From an uncultured Spirochaetota bacterium (GTDB taxonomy: Bacteria > Spirochaetota > Spirochaetia > SZUA-6 > CAVTHK01): a DNA stretch of 64,000 nt. Below, piece after piece: positions 19,097 to 27,117 of this stretch. Positions within the stretch are counted from its first letter, which is position 1. The number at the start of each line of letters is the position of its first letter. Where the stretch lies: NCBI GenBank assembly GCA_963734495.1, contig CAVTHK010000013.1, positions 513,171-577,170 of the forward strand, in the 5' to 3' direction. A model generated the notes under the pieces. It saw nothing but the letters and a program-made list of their open reading frames with translations. It made no database searches and was not told the DNA's origin. The translations under genes and the position numbers were made by a program.

Positions 19097-22000
19097 TCAG
19101 CGGGCGCGGGGCGGCCCGGCAGCAGGGCGGGGCCGCCTCGCTCCGCCGCCGGCGCCGCCGCGCAGGGCGTAGGCGATCGCGTTGTCGAGCGTCATCGTGA
19201 GCCCGCGGGCCCACTCGGCGGCGAAGCGGGCCCGGTAGCGGGCGGAGGCGGCCGCCGTCACGGCTCCGCCTCGGCGCGCGGCCTCGGGGCCGAGCGCCGC
19301 TTCGCCGAGGGCCGACGACGCCGCCATCAGGCGCGCGGCGCGCGCGTCGCGGCCGGCCCCGCGCGCGGCGAGCGCGAGCCGGCCGACCATGTAGACCGAG
19401 CTTGCCCGGTCGCCGAGGAGCGAGAAGAGGGAGAGCGCCTCCTTCATGTTCGCCTCGGCGCGCCGGAAGTCGCGGCCCCGGAGCGCCGCGGACCCCAGCC
19501 CTTCGAGCGTCCAGGCGACCATCCACGGGTCCTCGACCTCGCGGAACCCCGCGAGCGCCGCCTCATAGACGGGGCGCGCACCCCGGTGATCGCCTGTCTC
19601 GCGCAGGAGATCGCCGAGCCCGTTGAGCGCATGCGCCTCGCCCCACCTGAAGCCCGCCTCGCGCGAGATCCGCGCCGCCTCCTCGAGCTCGGCGCGCGGC
19701 GAGCGGCCTTCGAAGCGGCCTCCCGTGGTGGCGTACGCCGAGATGAGCGCGCGCGCGAGGCACACGGGATCGCCGACCTCCCGCGCGACCGCCACCGCCT
19801 GCTTGCCGTGCGCGGTGCCCGCGGTGCGCTCGCCGAGCCAGCGCTCGACGACTCCGAGGTAGGCCAGCGCCGACGCCTCGACGCTTCGCTGCGAGAGCTC
19901 GCGCGCCTCGGCGAGGCTCCGTTCGTAGAGGGCCCGCGCCCGGGTCCAGTCGCCCTGGACAAAGGCGATCCAGCCGAGAGCGTCGAGCGCCCGCGCGTGC
20001 GCGCGCGACGGAGCTGCCGGCTGCTCCAGCGACCGCTCGAGGATGCCGCGCCCTTCGCTGAACCGGCCGCCGCGATACCAGTACCACCTGAGCGCGGCCG
20101 CGAGTCTCAGCGCATCTTCTCCGCGCCCCGCTGCCAGGAACCGCTCCACCGCGGCCCGCAGGTTGGCGTTCTCGACCTCGAGGCGCGCGAGCCACACGGC
20201 ATGCTCGGGCCCGTCCAGCCCCGCCTCGCCGGTCTCGGCCAGGCGCAGGTAGTACGCGGCGTGCCGGTCGGCGACGGCCGCCGCTTCGCCGCTTTCCCGC
20301 AGCCGCAGGCGGGCATATTCCCCGATCGTCTCGAGCATTCGCAGGCGGCTTTCGCCCGATGCCTCCTCGCGCCGAAGGAGGTTCTTCTCGGCGAGGGAGA
20401 CGAGCCCCTCCAGGACGTCGGCGCCGCCCGCGTCGCCGCACACCTCTTCGGCGGCCCGCGGCGCGAAGCCGCCCGCGAACACGGCGAGACGGGCGAACAG
20501 CCGCTTCTCGCTCCCGTCGAGGAGGTCGTAGCTCCACTCGATGGCGCCGCGCAGCGTGCGCTGCCGCGCCGGCAGATCGGGGGGCCCCGCGCCGAGCAGC
20601 CGGAGGCGATCGGAAAGGCGGCTCGCCAGGTCCTGGGGCGAGAGGACCCGCAGCCGCGAAGCTGCCAGCTCGATCGCGAGGGGAAGGCCGTCGAGCCCGG
20701 CGCAGATCTCCTCCACCGCCGCCGCGTTGGAGTCGGTCAGCGTGAAGTCGGGCCTCGCCGTCACGGCCCGTTCCACCAGCAGCCGCACGGCCGCATAGCC
20801 GGCCAGGTGGTCCGCTGAGCGCGACGCCGCCGGATCGGGGACGCGCAGCGGGGGCACGGGGTACTCCCTCGCGTCCCGGATGTGCAGCGACTCGCGGCTG
20901 GTCACCAGCGCCTCGAGGCCGGGGCAGGCAGCCGCGAGCGCGGCGACCCGGCCGGCAGCCTCTGCCACGTGCTCGAAGTTGTCGAGCACCAGCAGCACCT
21001 TCCTGCGGCCGAGGGTCGCGGCCAGCAGGTCGAAGAGCGGCACGGCCTGGCCGCGCGATTCCCTCACGTCCAGCGTCGCGGCGATCGCGGGCACCACCTG
21101 GGCGGGCTCCTCGAGCGCGGACAGGTCGACGAAGAAGACGCCGTCGGGAAACCGGCCGGCGAGGTCCTCGGCCGCCTTCACCGCCAGCGCCGTCTTGCCC
21201 GTGCCGCCGGGGCCGGTCAGCGTCAGCACGCGCCCGTCCCCGCGGCCGATGAGGTCGAGGACCTCCGCGAGCTCCTTCTCCCTGCCCACGAGAGCCGCGG
21301 GCCCCGCGGGAAGGGTGGCGGGGCGCGGCGACGGCTCGCGCGCCGCCGCCGGCCGCGGCTCGCGCGCGGGCGCCGGCCCTCCGCCGGCCGCGCGACGCCG
21401 CTGGATCGCCTCGCGCAGCGCCTCGGTCCGCTCGTCAGGCTGCTCGCCGAGCTCCTTCGCGAGGACCGCGCGGCACACCTCGTACTGCCGAAGCGCCGCC
21501 GCTCTCTGTCCCGTGCCGCAGTAGAGGCGCATCAGGAGCCGGTGGGCCGCTTCGTCGATCGGGTCGAGGGCGAGCGCGCTGCGCGCGTACTCGACGGCGG
21601 CCTCAGGCCTCCCGCTCCCCTCCTGCAGGCGGACGAGCCGCTCGAGCACTGACGCGTACCGCTTGCGCAGCGTCTCCCGTTCGAAGAGCTGCCAGTCCTC
21701 GAAGGCCGGGCTGTCCCTGAGGAAGAAGCCTGAAAGAAGGTCACCGCGGTACAGCCGTGCCGCCTCCGTGAGCGCGGGCTCGTCGCCCGCGGCCAGCGTG
21801 CGGAAGCGCCGCACGTCGACGGCGAGCCCGCGCCGGTCCGGCAGGGCCACACCGCCGCGGTCGATCTCGAGCCAGCCCTCGCCGATGGCGCGCAGCAGGA
21901 ACGACAGCGTGTGGCGGAAGTCCGCGCCGGAACGCTCGCGCCCCAGCCCGGGGTAGAGCAGCTCCGCCAGCGCGTCGCGGTCGCGGGGCTCGCCGGTCAC

Positions 22001-22108
22001 GGCGAGGTATGCGAGCAGCGCGAGCACCTTGCGCCTCGGCATGCGGATCGAGGCGCCGTCCCGCTCGAACCTCGGCGGCCCGAGCAGCTGCAGCGAGAGC
22101 GTGGCCAC
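19097..22108 (-). CDS. AfsR/SARP-like regulator (wHTH-BTAD-NB-ARC-TPR), copy 2
   Basis: Same motifs as copy 1: RRKVLALLAYLA, DPIDEAAHRLLMRLY, GPGGTGKT, LVLDNFEHV, LDGLPLAIELAA, TPRs. Confidence 0.92.
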   Translation of the reverse strand: MATLSLQLLGPPRFERDGASIRMPRRKVLALLAYLAVTGEPRDRDALAELLYPGLGRERSGADFRHTLSFLLRAIGEGWLEIDRGGVALPDRRGLAVDVRRFRTLAAGDEPALTEAARLYRGDLLSGFFLRDSPAFEDWQLFERETLRKRYASVLERLVRLQEGSGRPEAAVEYARSALALDPIDEAAHRLLMRLYCGTGQRAAALRQYEVCRAVLAKELGEQPDERTEALREAIQRRRAAGGGPAPAREPRPAAAREPSPRPATLPAGPAALVGREKELAEVLDLIGRGDGRVLTLTGPGGTGKTALAVKAAEDLAGRFPDGVFFVDLSALEEPAQVVPAIAATLDVRESRGQAVPLFDLLAATLGRRKVLLVLDNFEHVAEAAGRVAALAAACPGLEALVTSRESLHIRDAREYPVPPLRVPDPAASRSADHLAGYAAVRLLVERAVTARPDFTLTDSNAAAVEEICAGLDGLPLAIELAASRLRVLSPQDLASRLSDRLRLLGAGPPDLPARQRTLRGAIEWSYDLLDGSEKRLFARLAVFAGGFAPRAAEEVCGDAGGADVLEGLVSLAEKNLLRREEASGESRLRMLETIGEYARLRLRESGEAAAVADRHAAYYLRLAETGEAGLDGPEHAVWLARLEVENANLRAAVERFLAAGRGEDALRLAAALRWYWYRGGRFSEGRGILERSLEQPAAPSRAHARALDALGWIAFVQGDWTRARALYERSLAEARELSQRSVEASALAYLGVVERWLGERTAGTAHGKQAVAVAREVGDPVCLARALISAYATTGGRFEGRSPRAELEEAARISREAGFRWGEAHALNGLGDLLRETGDHRGARPVYEAALAGFREVEDPWMVAWTLEGLGSAALRGRDFRRAEANMKEALSLFSLLGDRASSVYMVGRLALAARGAGRDARAARLMAASSALGEAALGPEAARRGGAVTAAASARYRARFAAEWARGLTMTLDNAIAYALRGGAGGGARRPRPAAGPPRAR

Positions 22109-22189
22109 GCGGCTCGCCTCCGGGCCGCCGCGCGGGGCCGGGGTGCGCGGCGGCGGCCTTCAATATGATGCCCCTTCATTCTACGCGAA

Positions 22190-22252
22190 AACGCGGTGAA
22201 ACGCATTCCGAAACGCGGCGGCAACGCCGGCGCAACGGCGGACGCCTATCCT
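22190..22252 (+). promoter_or_regulatory. Phased ACG-repeat promoter (site 3)
   Basis: AACG repeats with ACG at 22191, 22201, 22213, 22224, 22235, then 9 bp, then TATCCT (22247-22252). Confidence 0.65.
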
Positions 22253-22291
22253 TGGGTCGCCGGTGGGGACACCGGATGCGAGGAGGTGCAG

Positions 22292-23077
22292 ATGCGCGGC
22301 CAGGTTGTCGAGTTGCGCGTGAGCACCGTGCAAGGAGGCGCAGCGGCGGCGCCGCCGTCCACGAGGCGGCTCGGCGATGGGGCGCTGCTCGCGGCGAAGG
22401 TCGGGGTCCTCTGCTGCGGCGCGCTCGCGCTGCTCGCCGCCCACCTGAGCCCGCCGCTGGTGAGGCGCGTCCACAACCACGCGCGCGGCGTCTCTATGCG
22501 GCTTCCGGCGGGGTGGACCGGCTACGATCGGTTTGAGCAGGGCGTGGTGGCTTTCAAGCGCGACGGCCGATTCAATGCGTCGGTCACGGTGTGGCGTTTT
22601 TCGTGGTGTGAGTTCGACAGCGCCCGCGAGACGCCCGGAACGCCGGTCCCCGCACGTCAGCTGCCGACGGATCTCGTACAAGCCGCGGCCGAGGTGGCGG
22701 CTTGCCTGGGGTTCCCAGACGCAACGGGGAGGGCGCACATGGAAGGCGCCGTCGTCGGCGGGAGGCCTGCCCTGGTGCTTGTCGCGCCCCGCTACTCGAC
22801 CGAGCCATGGCGCGCGATCGCGGTGGCTGCCGGCGAAGACCTGCTCTTTCTCGACCTGCGTGCGGCGAGCGAGGCGGATCTCCGGGCGGTCTGGCGTTGT
22901 TGGAAAGCGATGATACGGTCGGTTCGGGTGACGAACCGGCCGCGGCCAATGGTCGAGCGTTTCGGCTGCGAAGACGGCTGCGGCCTTGAATATGTTGCTC
23001 CTTCATTCTACGCGAAAGTGCCGCGCAGCGCATTCCGAAACGCCTGCGGCAACGCTGGCGCAACGGCGGACGCCTAG
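22292..23077 (+). CDS. Hypothetical membrane-anchored protein, PsbP/Mog1p-like, paralog 1
   Basis: ATG after GAGGAGGT; RLGDGALLAAK + hydrophobic helix, MRLPAGW, GRPALVL, VAAGEDLLFL, SEADLRAVWRCWKAMIRSVRVT. Confidence 0.7.
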   Translation: MRGQVVELRVSTVQGGAAAAPPSTRRLGDGALLAAKVGVLCCGALALLAAHLSPPLVRRVHNHARGVSMRLPAGWTGYDRFEQGVVAFKRDGRFNASVTVWRFSWCEFDSARETPGTPVPARQLPTDLVQAAAEVAACLGFPDATGRAHMEGAVVGGRPALVLVAPRYSTEPWRAIAVAAGEDLLFLDLRAASEADLRAVWRCWKAMIRSVRVTNRPRPMVERFGCEDGCGLEYVAPSFYAKVPRSAFRNACGNAGATADA

Positions 23078-23080
23078 GCT
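23028..23080 (+). promoter_or_regulatory. Phased ACG-repeat promoter (site 4)
   Basis: GCG 23028, ACG 23040, 23052, 23063, then 9 bp, then TAGGCT (23075-23080). Confidence 0.65.
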
Positions 23081-23115
23081 TGGGTCGCCGGTGGGGACGC
23101 CGGAGGAGGCGCAGC

Positions 23116-23820
23116 GTGGGGCTCAAGGCGATGACAGTCGGACTGCAGGTCTGTTCCTTGCGCCTGCAACCGGAGGTGGAGCCGAAGCCGGGCACGAGCC
23201 GACTCGGTGACGGCGCCCTGCTGGCGGCCAAGGCGGCCGCGCTCACGGCCGCGGCGCTCGCGCTGCTCGCGTCATACCTGGGGCTCCCGCTGCCCCGCGT
23301 CCTGCGCAATCAGACCCTCGGCCTGTCCATCAGCTGCCCACCGGGGTGGGAAGACTGCCGGCTCCCCAAAGGATTGGCCATGGGAGCCTTCAAGAGCGAC
23401 GGCCGCCTGTCCGCGTGCGTGACGCTGTGGCGCTTTTCGTGGCCCGAGATAGGCGCCGTCGCGTTCGAGTCCGGAAGGAGTCTCTCCGCGCACGGAGTGC
23501 AGCCGGACCTTTTCGCCGCACTGAGCGAGCAAGCGGCCTGGCTGGGGTTCGGGGACTGCACGGGCCCGGTCGACACCATGACACTCGACGGCAGGCCGGC
23601 CCTCATGCTCACTGCGCAGGCGCCCTCCGGGAAGTCGCGGAGTGCGCTTGTGGTCGCGTTGGGCGAAGATCTCGTGTCGCTCCACCTCTTCGCGTCGAGC
23701 GAGGCTGATCTCCGCGCGGTGTGGCCGCTGTGGAAGTCGATGATCCGCTCGGTCCGTGTGACGCGACGGTCGCGGCCTTCCGCCAAGGGTTCCGACGACG
23801 GCAAGCGCGCAGGGTGGTGA
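23116..23820 (+). CDS. Hypothetical membrane-anchored protein, paralog 2
   Basis: GTG after GGAGGAGG; RLGDGALLAAK, SCPPGW, GRPALML, VALGEDLV, SEADLRAVWPLWKSMIRSVRVT. Confidence 0.72.
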   Translation: MGLKAMTVGLQVCSLRLQPEVEPKPGTSRLGDGALLAAKAAALTAAALALLASYLGLPLPRVLRNQTLGLSISCPPGWEDCRLPKGLAMGAFKSDGRLSACVTLWRFSWPEIGAVAFESGRSLSAHGVQPDLFAALSEQAAWLGFGDCTGPVDTMTLDGRPALMLTAQAPSGKSRSALVVALGEDLVSLHLFASSEADLRAVWPLWKSMIRSVRVTRRSRPSAKGSDDGKRAGW

Positions 23821-23869
23821 TCTTCCGGCGGTTTGACGGCCTTCTTCTTTCGTCTGTAGGTTTTCGGGC

Positions 23870-24763
23870 ATGACGGCACTCGGGCCCGCTGTGGAGCGCC
23901 GCCCGGACATGTCGGGGCGGGTGTGCCTCGTCACAGGAGGCACCTCCGGCGTCGGACGCGCGATGGCGGGCGGGCTCTCGAAGCTCGGCGCCCGCGTCGT
24001 CATCCTCGCGCGGGACCGGGAGCGCGGCCGCGCCGCCGCCGTGGAAATGACCGCGTCGTCCGGCCACGCGGTCGAGGTGGTCGTCGGCGACCTCGCGGAC
24101 CTGCGCTCCATCGGCCGCGCCGCCGCGGATTTCGGCGCGCGGTGGGACCGCCTCGACGTCCTCGCGCACGCCGCGGGCATCCTCTGCTGGAACCGGCAGA
24201 TGAGCGCCGACGGCTACGAGCTCACGTTCGCGGTCAACGTTCTCGGGCCGGCCCTCCTGACCCGGCTGATGCTGCCCCTGCTCGAGCGCAGCGCGCCCGC
24301 GCGGATCACCGCGGCGTGCGGCGGCCTGGCGACGCTCGCGCACGCCAGGCTCGATCTCGACGACCTCCCCTACCGCGCGGCGCGGTTCGCCCCGCTCTCG
24401 ACGGCGCTGCAGGCGATGCTCGCCCGCGTCCTCTACTGCGCGGAGCTCGCGCGGAAGCTCCAGGGACGCGGCATCGCGGTCAACGCGTTCTACCCGGGGC
24501 TCGTGCGCTCGCGGCTCGATCGCGGGCTGCCGTGGCCCCTGCGCGTCCCCGTGCGGCTCGTCCAGCCCTTTCTCAAGGCGGGCTCCGCTTCGGCGGTGCG
24601 AGCCGCCGCGGACCCCTCCCTCGCCGCCGTCACAGGCGCTTTCCTGGCGGGGCGGCGCGTGCTCGAGCTCCGCAGCCGCCGTGTGACGCCGGAGGATTCG
24701 CAGCGCCTCTGGTCGCTGATCGAGAGGCTGCTCGACGAGCGGATGACGCCCGGAACCGCGTGA
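23870..24763 (+). CDS. SDR-family (retinol dehydrogenase/WWOX-like) protein with a degenerate active site
   Basis: LVTGGTSGVG, DLADLRSI, DGYELTFAVNVLGPALLT, PGLVRS; no YxxxK motif. Confidence 0.85.
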   Translation: MTALGPAVERRPDMSGRVCLVTGGTSGVGRAMAGGLSKLGARVVILARDRERGRAAAVEMTASSGHAVEVVVGDLADLRSIGRAAADFGARWDRLDVLAHAAGILCWNRQMSADGYELTFAVNVLGPALLTRLMLPLLERSAPARITAACGGLATLAHARLDLDDLPYRAARFAPLSTALQAMLARVLYCAELARKLQGRGIAVNAFYPGLVRSRLDRGLPWPLRVPVRLVQPFLKAGSASAVRAAADPSLAAVTGAFLAGRRVLELRSRRVTPEDSQRLWSLIERLLDERMTPGTA

Positions 24764-24817
24764 AACGCTTTCTGTAACGTCTACGGACACGATCCCGGGA
24801 CGGCGCGCGCCTAACCT
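24764..24817 (+). promoter_or_regulatory. Phased ACG-repeat promoter (site 5)
   Basis: ACG at 24765, 24777, 24789, 24800, then 9 bp, then TAACCT (24812-24817). Confidence 0.65.
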
Positions 24818-24843
24818 GTCAGCGACAGTGCGAGGAGGCGTGT

Positions 24844-25536
24844 ATGCCGTTCGGACGAGGACTGGTCCCGGCTGCGGAAGCCTGCTCCCTGCGGCGGGAT
24901 GACCCGACGCCGCCCGCGCCACGCGCGGGGCGGCTCAGCGATGGCGCTCTGCTGGGCGCAAAGGCGGGCGCGTTGTGCCTCGCCTGCCTCGTGCTGCTGC
25001 CCGGGCAGCTCAACCCGGACCGGGCCGGCATCCTGTGCAGCCAGGAGGCAGGGCTCTCGATGCGGGTGCCGCGCGGATGGCACCGCTTCGCGCTGCCTCA
25101 CGCGCTGGCAGCCGTGAAACCCGACGGCGCCGGCGGCCCGCGCGCGTCCGTGCTGCTCTGGCGCCCGCCGTACGCCGAGCCAGGCGCTGCCGACGGCAGC
25201 GAGGACGCGGTGGTCTCCGCAGGGTGGCCGAGAGCCGATCCGGCGGCCACGCTGGCTGAGGCGGCTGACTGCCTCGGGCTGGACTGGTCCGGGCAGGCGC
25301 GGCTGGAGACCGACACCATCGCCGACAGGCCGGCCCTGGTGCTCGCCGCACCGCTCCGCGCCAGCCGGTGCTGGCGCGCCCTCGCTGTTGCCGCGGGCGA
25401 GGATCTGCTGTTTGTCGAGCTCGACGTGTCGAGCGAACAAGACCTTCGTGCTGTCTGGCGTCAGTGGAAAGCGATGCTCCGCTCTGTGCGGATCACGGGG
25501 TCCGACCGCCCGAGTGTGGCAGGGGGCGCCGACTGA
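24844..25536 (+). CDS. Hypothetical membrane-anchored protein, paralog 3
   Basis: ATG after GAGGAGG; RLSDGALLGAK, MRVPRGW, DRPALVL, VAAGEDLLFV, SEQDLRAVWRQWKAMLRSVRIT. Confidence 0.72.
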   Translation: MPFGRGLVPAAEACSLRRDDPTPPAPRAGRLSDGALLGAKAGALCLACLVLLPGQLNPDRAGILCSQEAGLSMRVPRGWHRFALPHALAAVKPDGAGGPRASVLLWRPPYAEPGAADGSEDAVVSAGWPRADPAATLAEAADCLGLDWSGQARLETDTIADRPALVLAAPLRASRCWRALAVAAGEDLLFVELDVSSEQDLRAVWRQWKAMLRSVRITGSDRPSVAGGAD

Positions 25537-25764
25537 CGACTCAGTCCGCCGCCATCGGTTTCCCGATGTGAGCGGACTTCCAGCCTTTGGAGGCGTGTCG
25601 CCTCTTCTTGACGCACCGTCATATCTCCGAAACGTGTTGGTGACGCCGGCTGACTACAGCTTGTCGGGACACTCAGGCAACGATTCGGGCCTGGGGCGAC
25701 ACGGAGCGTCGGGCTTCCACGCGCTCTTGCTTCTCGATCGTGGCCGAGGAACCCGGGATACCTC

Positions 25765-25798
25765 TTGCATCTGATACTGAACATATGTATAGTATCAG
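25765..25798 (+). promoter_or_regulatory. Leaderless promoter with a 28-bp palindrome / SOS-box-like operator
   Basis: TTGCAT (25765-25770), 17 bp, TATAGT (25788-25793), ATG at 25800. Palindrome CTGATACTGAACATATGTATAGTATCAG (25771-25798) contains GAAC-N4-GTAT. Confidence 0.7.
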
Positions 25799-25799
25799 T

Positions 25800-27065
25800 A
25801 TGACCCCTAAAGAGGAACTCGGCGAGGAGATCGCCAGCCTGTCGGCGCACCTCGATGCGGCCGCTCATCGCCTGCTGGAGTGCATCAGGCAGTTCGACGA
25901 CTCCGGCGGCTGGTGCGACCAGGGCGCCCTTTCCTGCGCGCACTGGCTGGCCTGGCGGCTCGGATGGGATGGGGCCACGGCGCGGGAAAAGGTGCGGGTA
26001 GCGCGCGCTCTGGGCAAGCTGCCCGCGATCGACGAGGCCTTCCGCTCGGCCACCCTTTCCTACGCCAAGGTCCGAGCCCTCACGCGAGTGGCAACCCCGC
26101 AGAACGAGGGCAAGCTGTTGGAGCTGGCGCTGGTGGCAACCGGGGCGCAGCTCGAGCGATTGTGCCGGGGCTATCGAGCGGCTGTGGACCCGGAGACTGC
26201 GCCGCTGCCGGAGGAGCGGTCCGTATATCGGCGATTGCTGCCGGGGGGAATGGTCAAGCTGGAGCTGGTGCTGGAGCCCGACGAGGCGGACCTGGTGATG
26301 CGCGCCATCGAGCGAGCCCGGGAGGTGCACGCCGAGCAGGCCGAGGTGCCCGAGGGACCGGCCCCTGGTGGCGCTTCCGCGGAAGCGCCGTGGCCATCCC
26401 GGGCGGATGGCGCGGTCGAAGTCGCCGAGTCGTTCCTGGCCGGCCATCAGGTGACGGGAACCGGAGGGGAGCGCTTCCAGGTCATGATTCATCTGGAGCA
26501 GGAGGTGCTCGGTGCCGACGGCGAGTGGTCGGCGACGCTGGAGGACGGAACCCGTGTTTCCCCGGAAGCGTTTCGACGAGTCGCTTGCGATTGCGGTCTG
26601 GTGGCGGTGGGTGGGGAGGGGGAGAGTCTGAACATCGGCCGCCGCACCCGCAGCATTCCCCCCGCCCTCCGCCGGGCCTTGATGCTGAGGGACCGCGGCT
26701 GCGCCTTTCCCGGGTGCACCCACACCAGGTTCCTGCACGGCCACCACGTCAAGCACTGGCTGCATGGGGGAGAGACCAGCCTCGAGAATACCCTGCTGGC
26801 CTGCCCTCGCCACCATAGACTGCTCCACGAGGGAGGCTGGAGCATCAGCCGAGGCGCGGATGGCGCCTGGATCTTCCACTCGCCCTCCGGCATACCGCTG
26901 GCGCAGAATCCGCACTCGCAGCCGGTGGACGACGCCCTCGCCTGGATGCGCGATTGGGCTGATGAGCGCGACCTTGACCTTGGTCCTGAAGTCAACTTCC
27001 CGGCGTGGGATGGGACGAGACCGAGCTACGACCTGGCGGTGAGCGGCTTGCTCGAGCCGAAGTAA
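25800..27065 (+). CDS. DUF222-domain HNH endonuclease (13E12-repeat-like)
   Basis: W...GALSCAHWLAWR...AREKVRVARAL..LP....AF....LSYAKVRALTR N-terminus; RRVACD; RDRGCAFPGC...HHVKHWLHGGETSLEN...CPRHHRLLH. Confidence 0.92.
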   Translation: MTPKEELGEEIASLSAHLDAAAHRLLECIRQFDDSGGWCDQGALSCAHWLAWRLGWDGATAREKVRVARALGKLPAIDEAFRSATLSYAKVRALTRVATPQNEGKLLELALVATGAQLERLCRGYRAAVDPETAPLPEERSVYRRLLPGGMVKLELVLEPDEADLVMRAIERAREVHAEQAEVPEGPAPGGASAEAPWPSRADGAVEVAESFLAGHQVTGTGGERFQVMIHLEQEVLGADGEWSATLEDGTRVSPEAFRRVACDCGLVAVGGEGESLNIGRRTRSIPPALRRALMLRDRGCAFPGCTHTRFLHGHHVKHWLHGGETSLENTLLACPRHHRLLHEGGWSISRGADGAWIFHSPSGIPLAQNPHSQPVDDALAWMRDWADERDLDLGPEVNFPAWDGTRPSYDLAVSGLLEPK

Positions 27066-27117
27066 GCCGACCTGCCAGCGGCGCCGCACCGCTTGGCCGG
27101 AGCGAAAGAGCAGTGAC

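Larger units (their letters stand above)
22154..23103 (+). repeat. ~120-bp imperfect direct repeat (22154-22275 and 22981-23103): duplicated promoter region
   Basis: Both copies read CGGCCTTnAATATGnTGCnCCTTCATTCTACGCGAAA...CGCATTCCGAAACGC..GCGGCAACGCnGGCGCAACGGCGGACGCCTAnnCTTGGGTCGCCGGTGGGGACnCCGG. Confidence 0.9.

Noticed and set aside
22154-23103. CRISPR array or DGR template/variable repeat
   Set aside because: Only two long copies, differences are not confined to adenines, and no cas or reverse transcriptase gene is present; better explained as a duplicated promoter.
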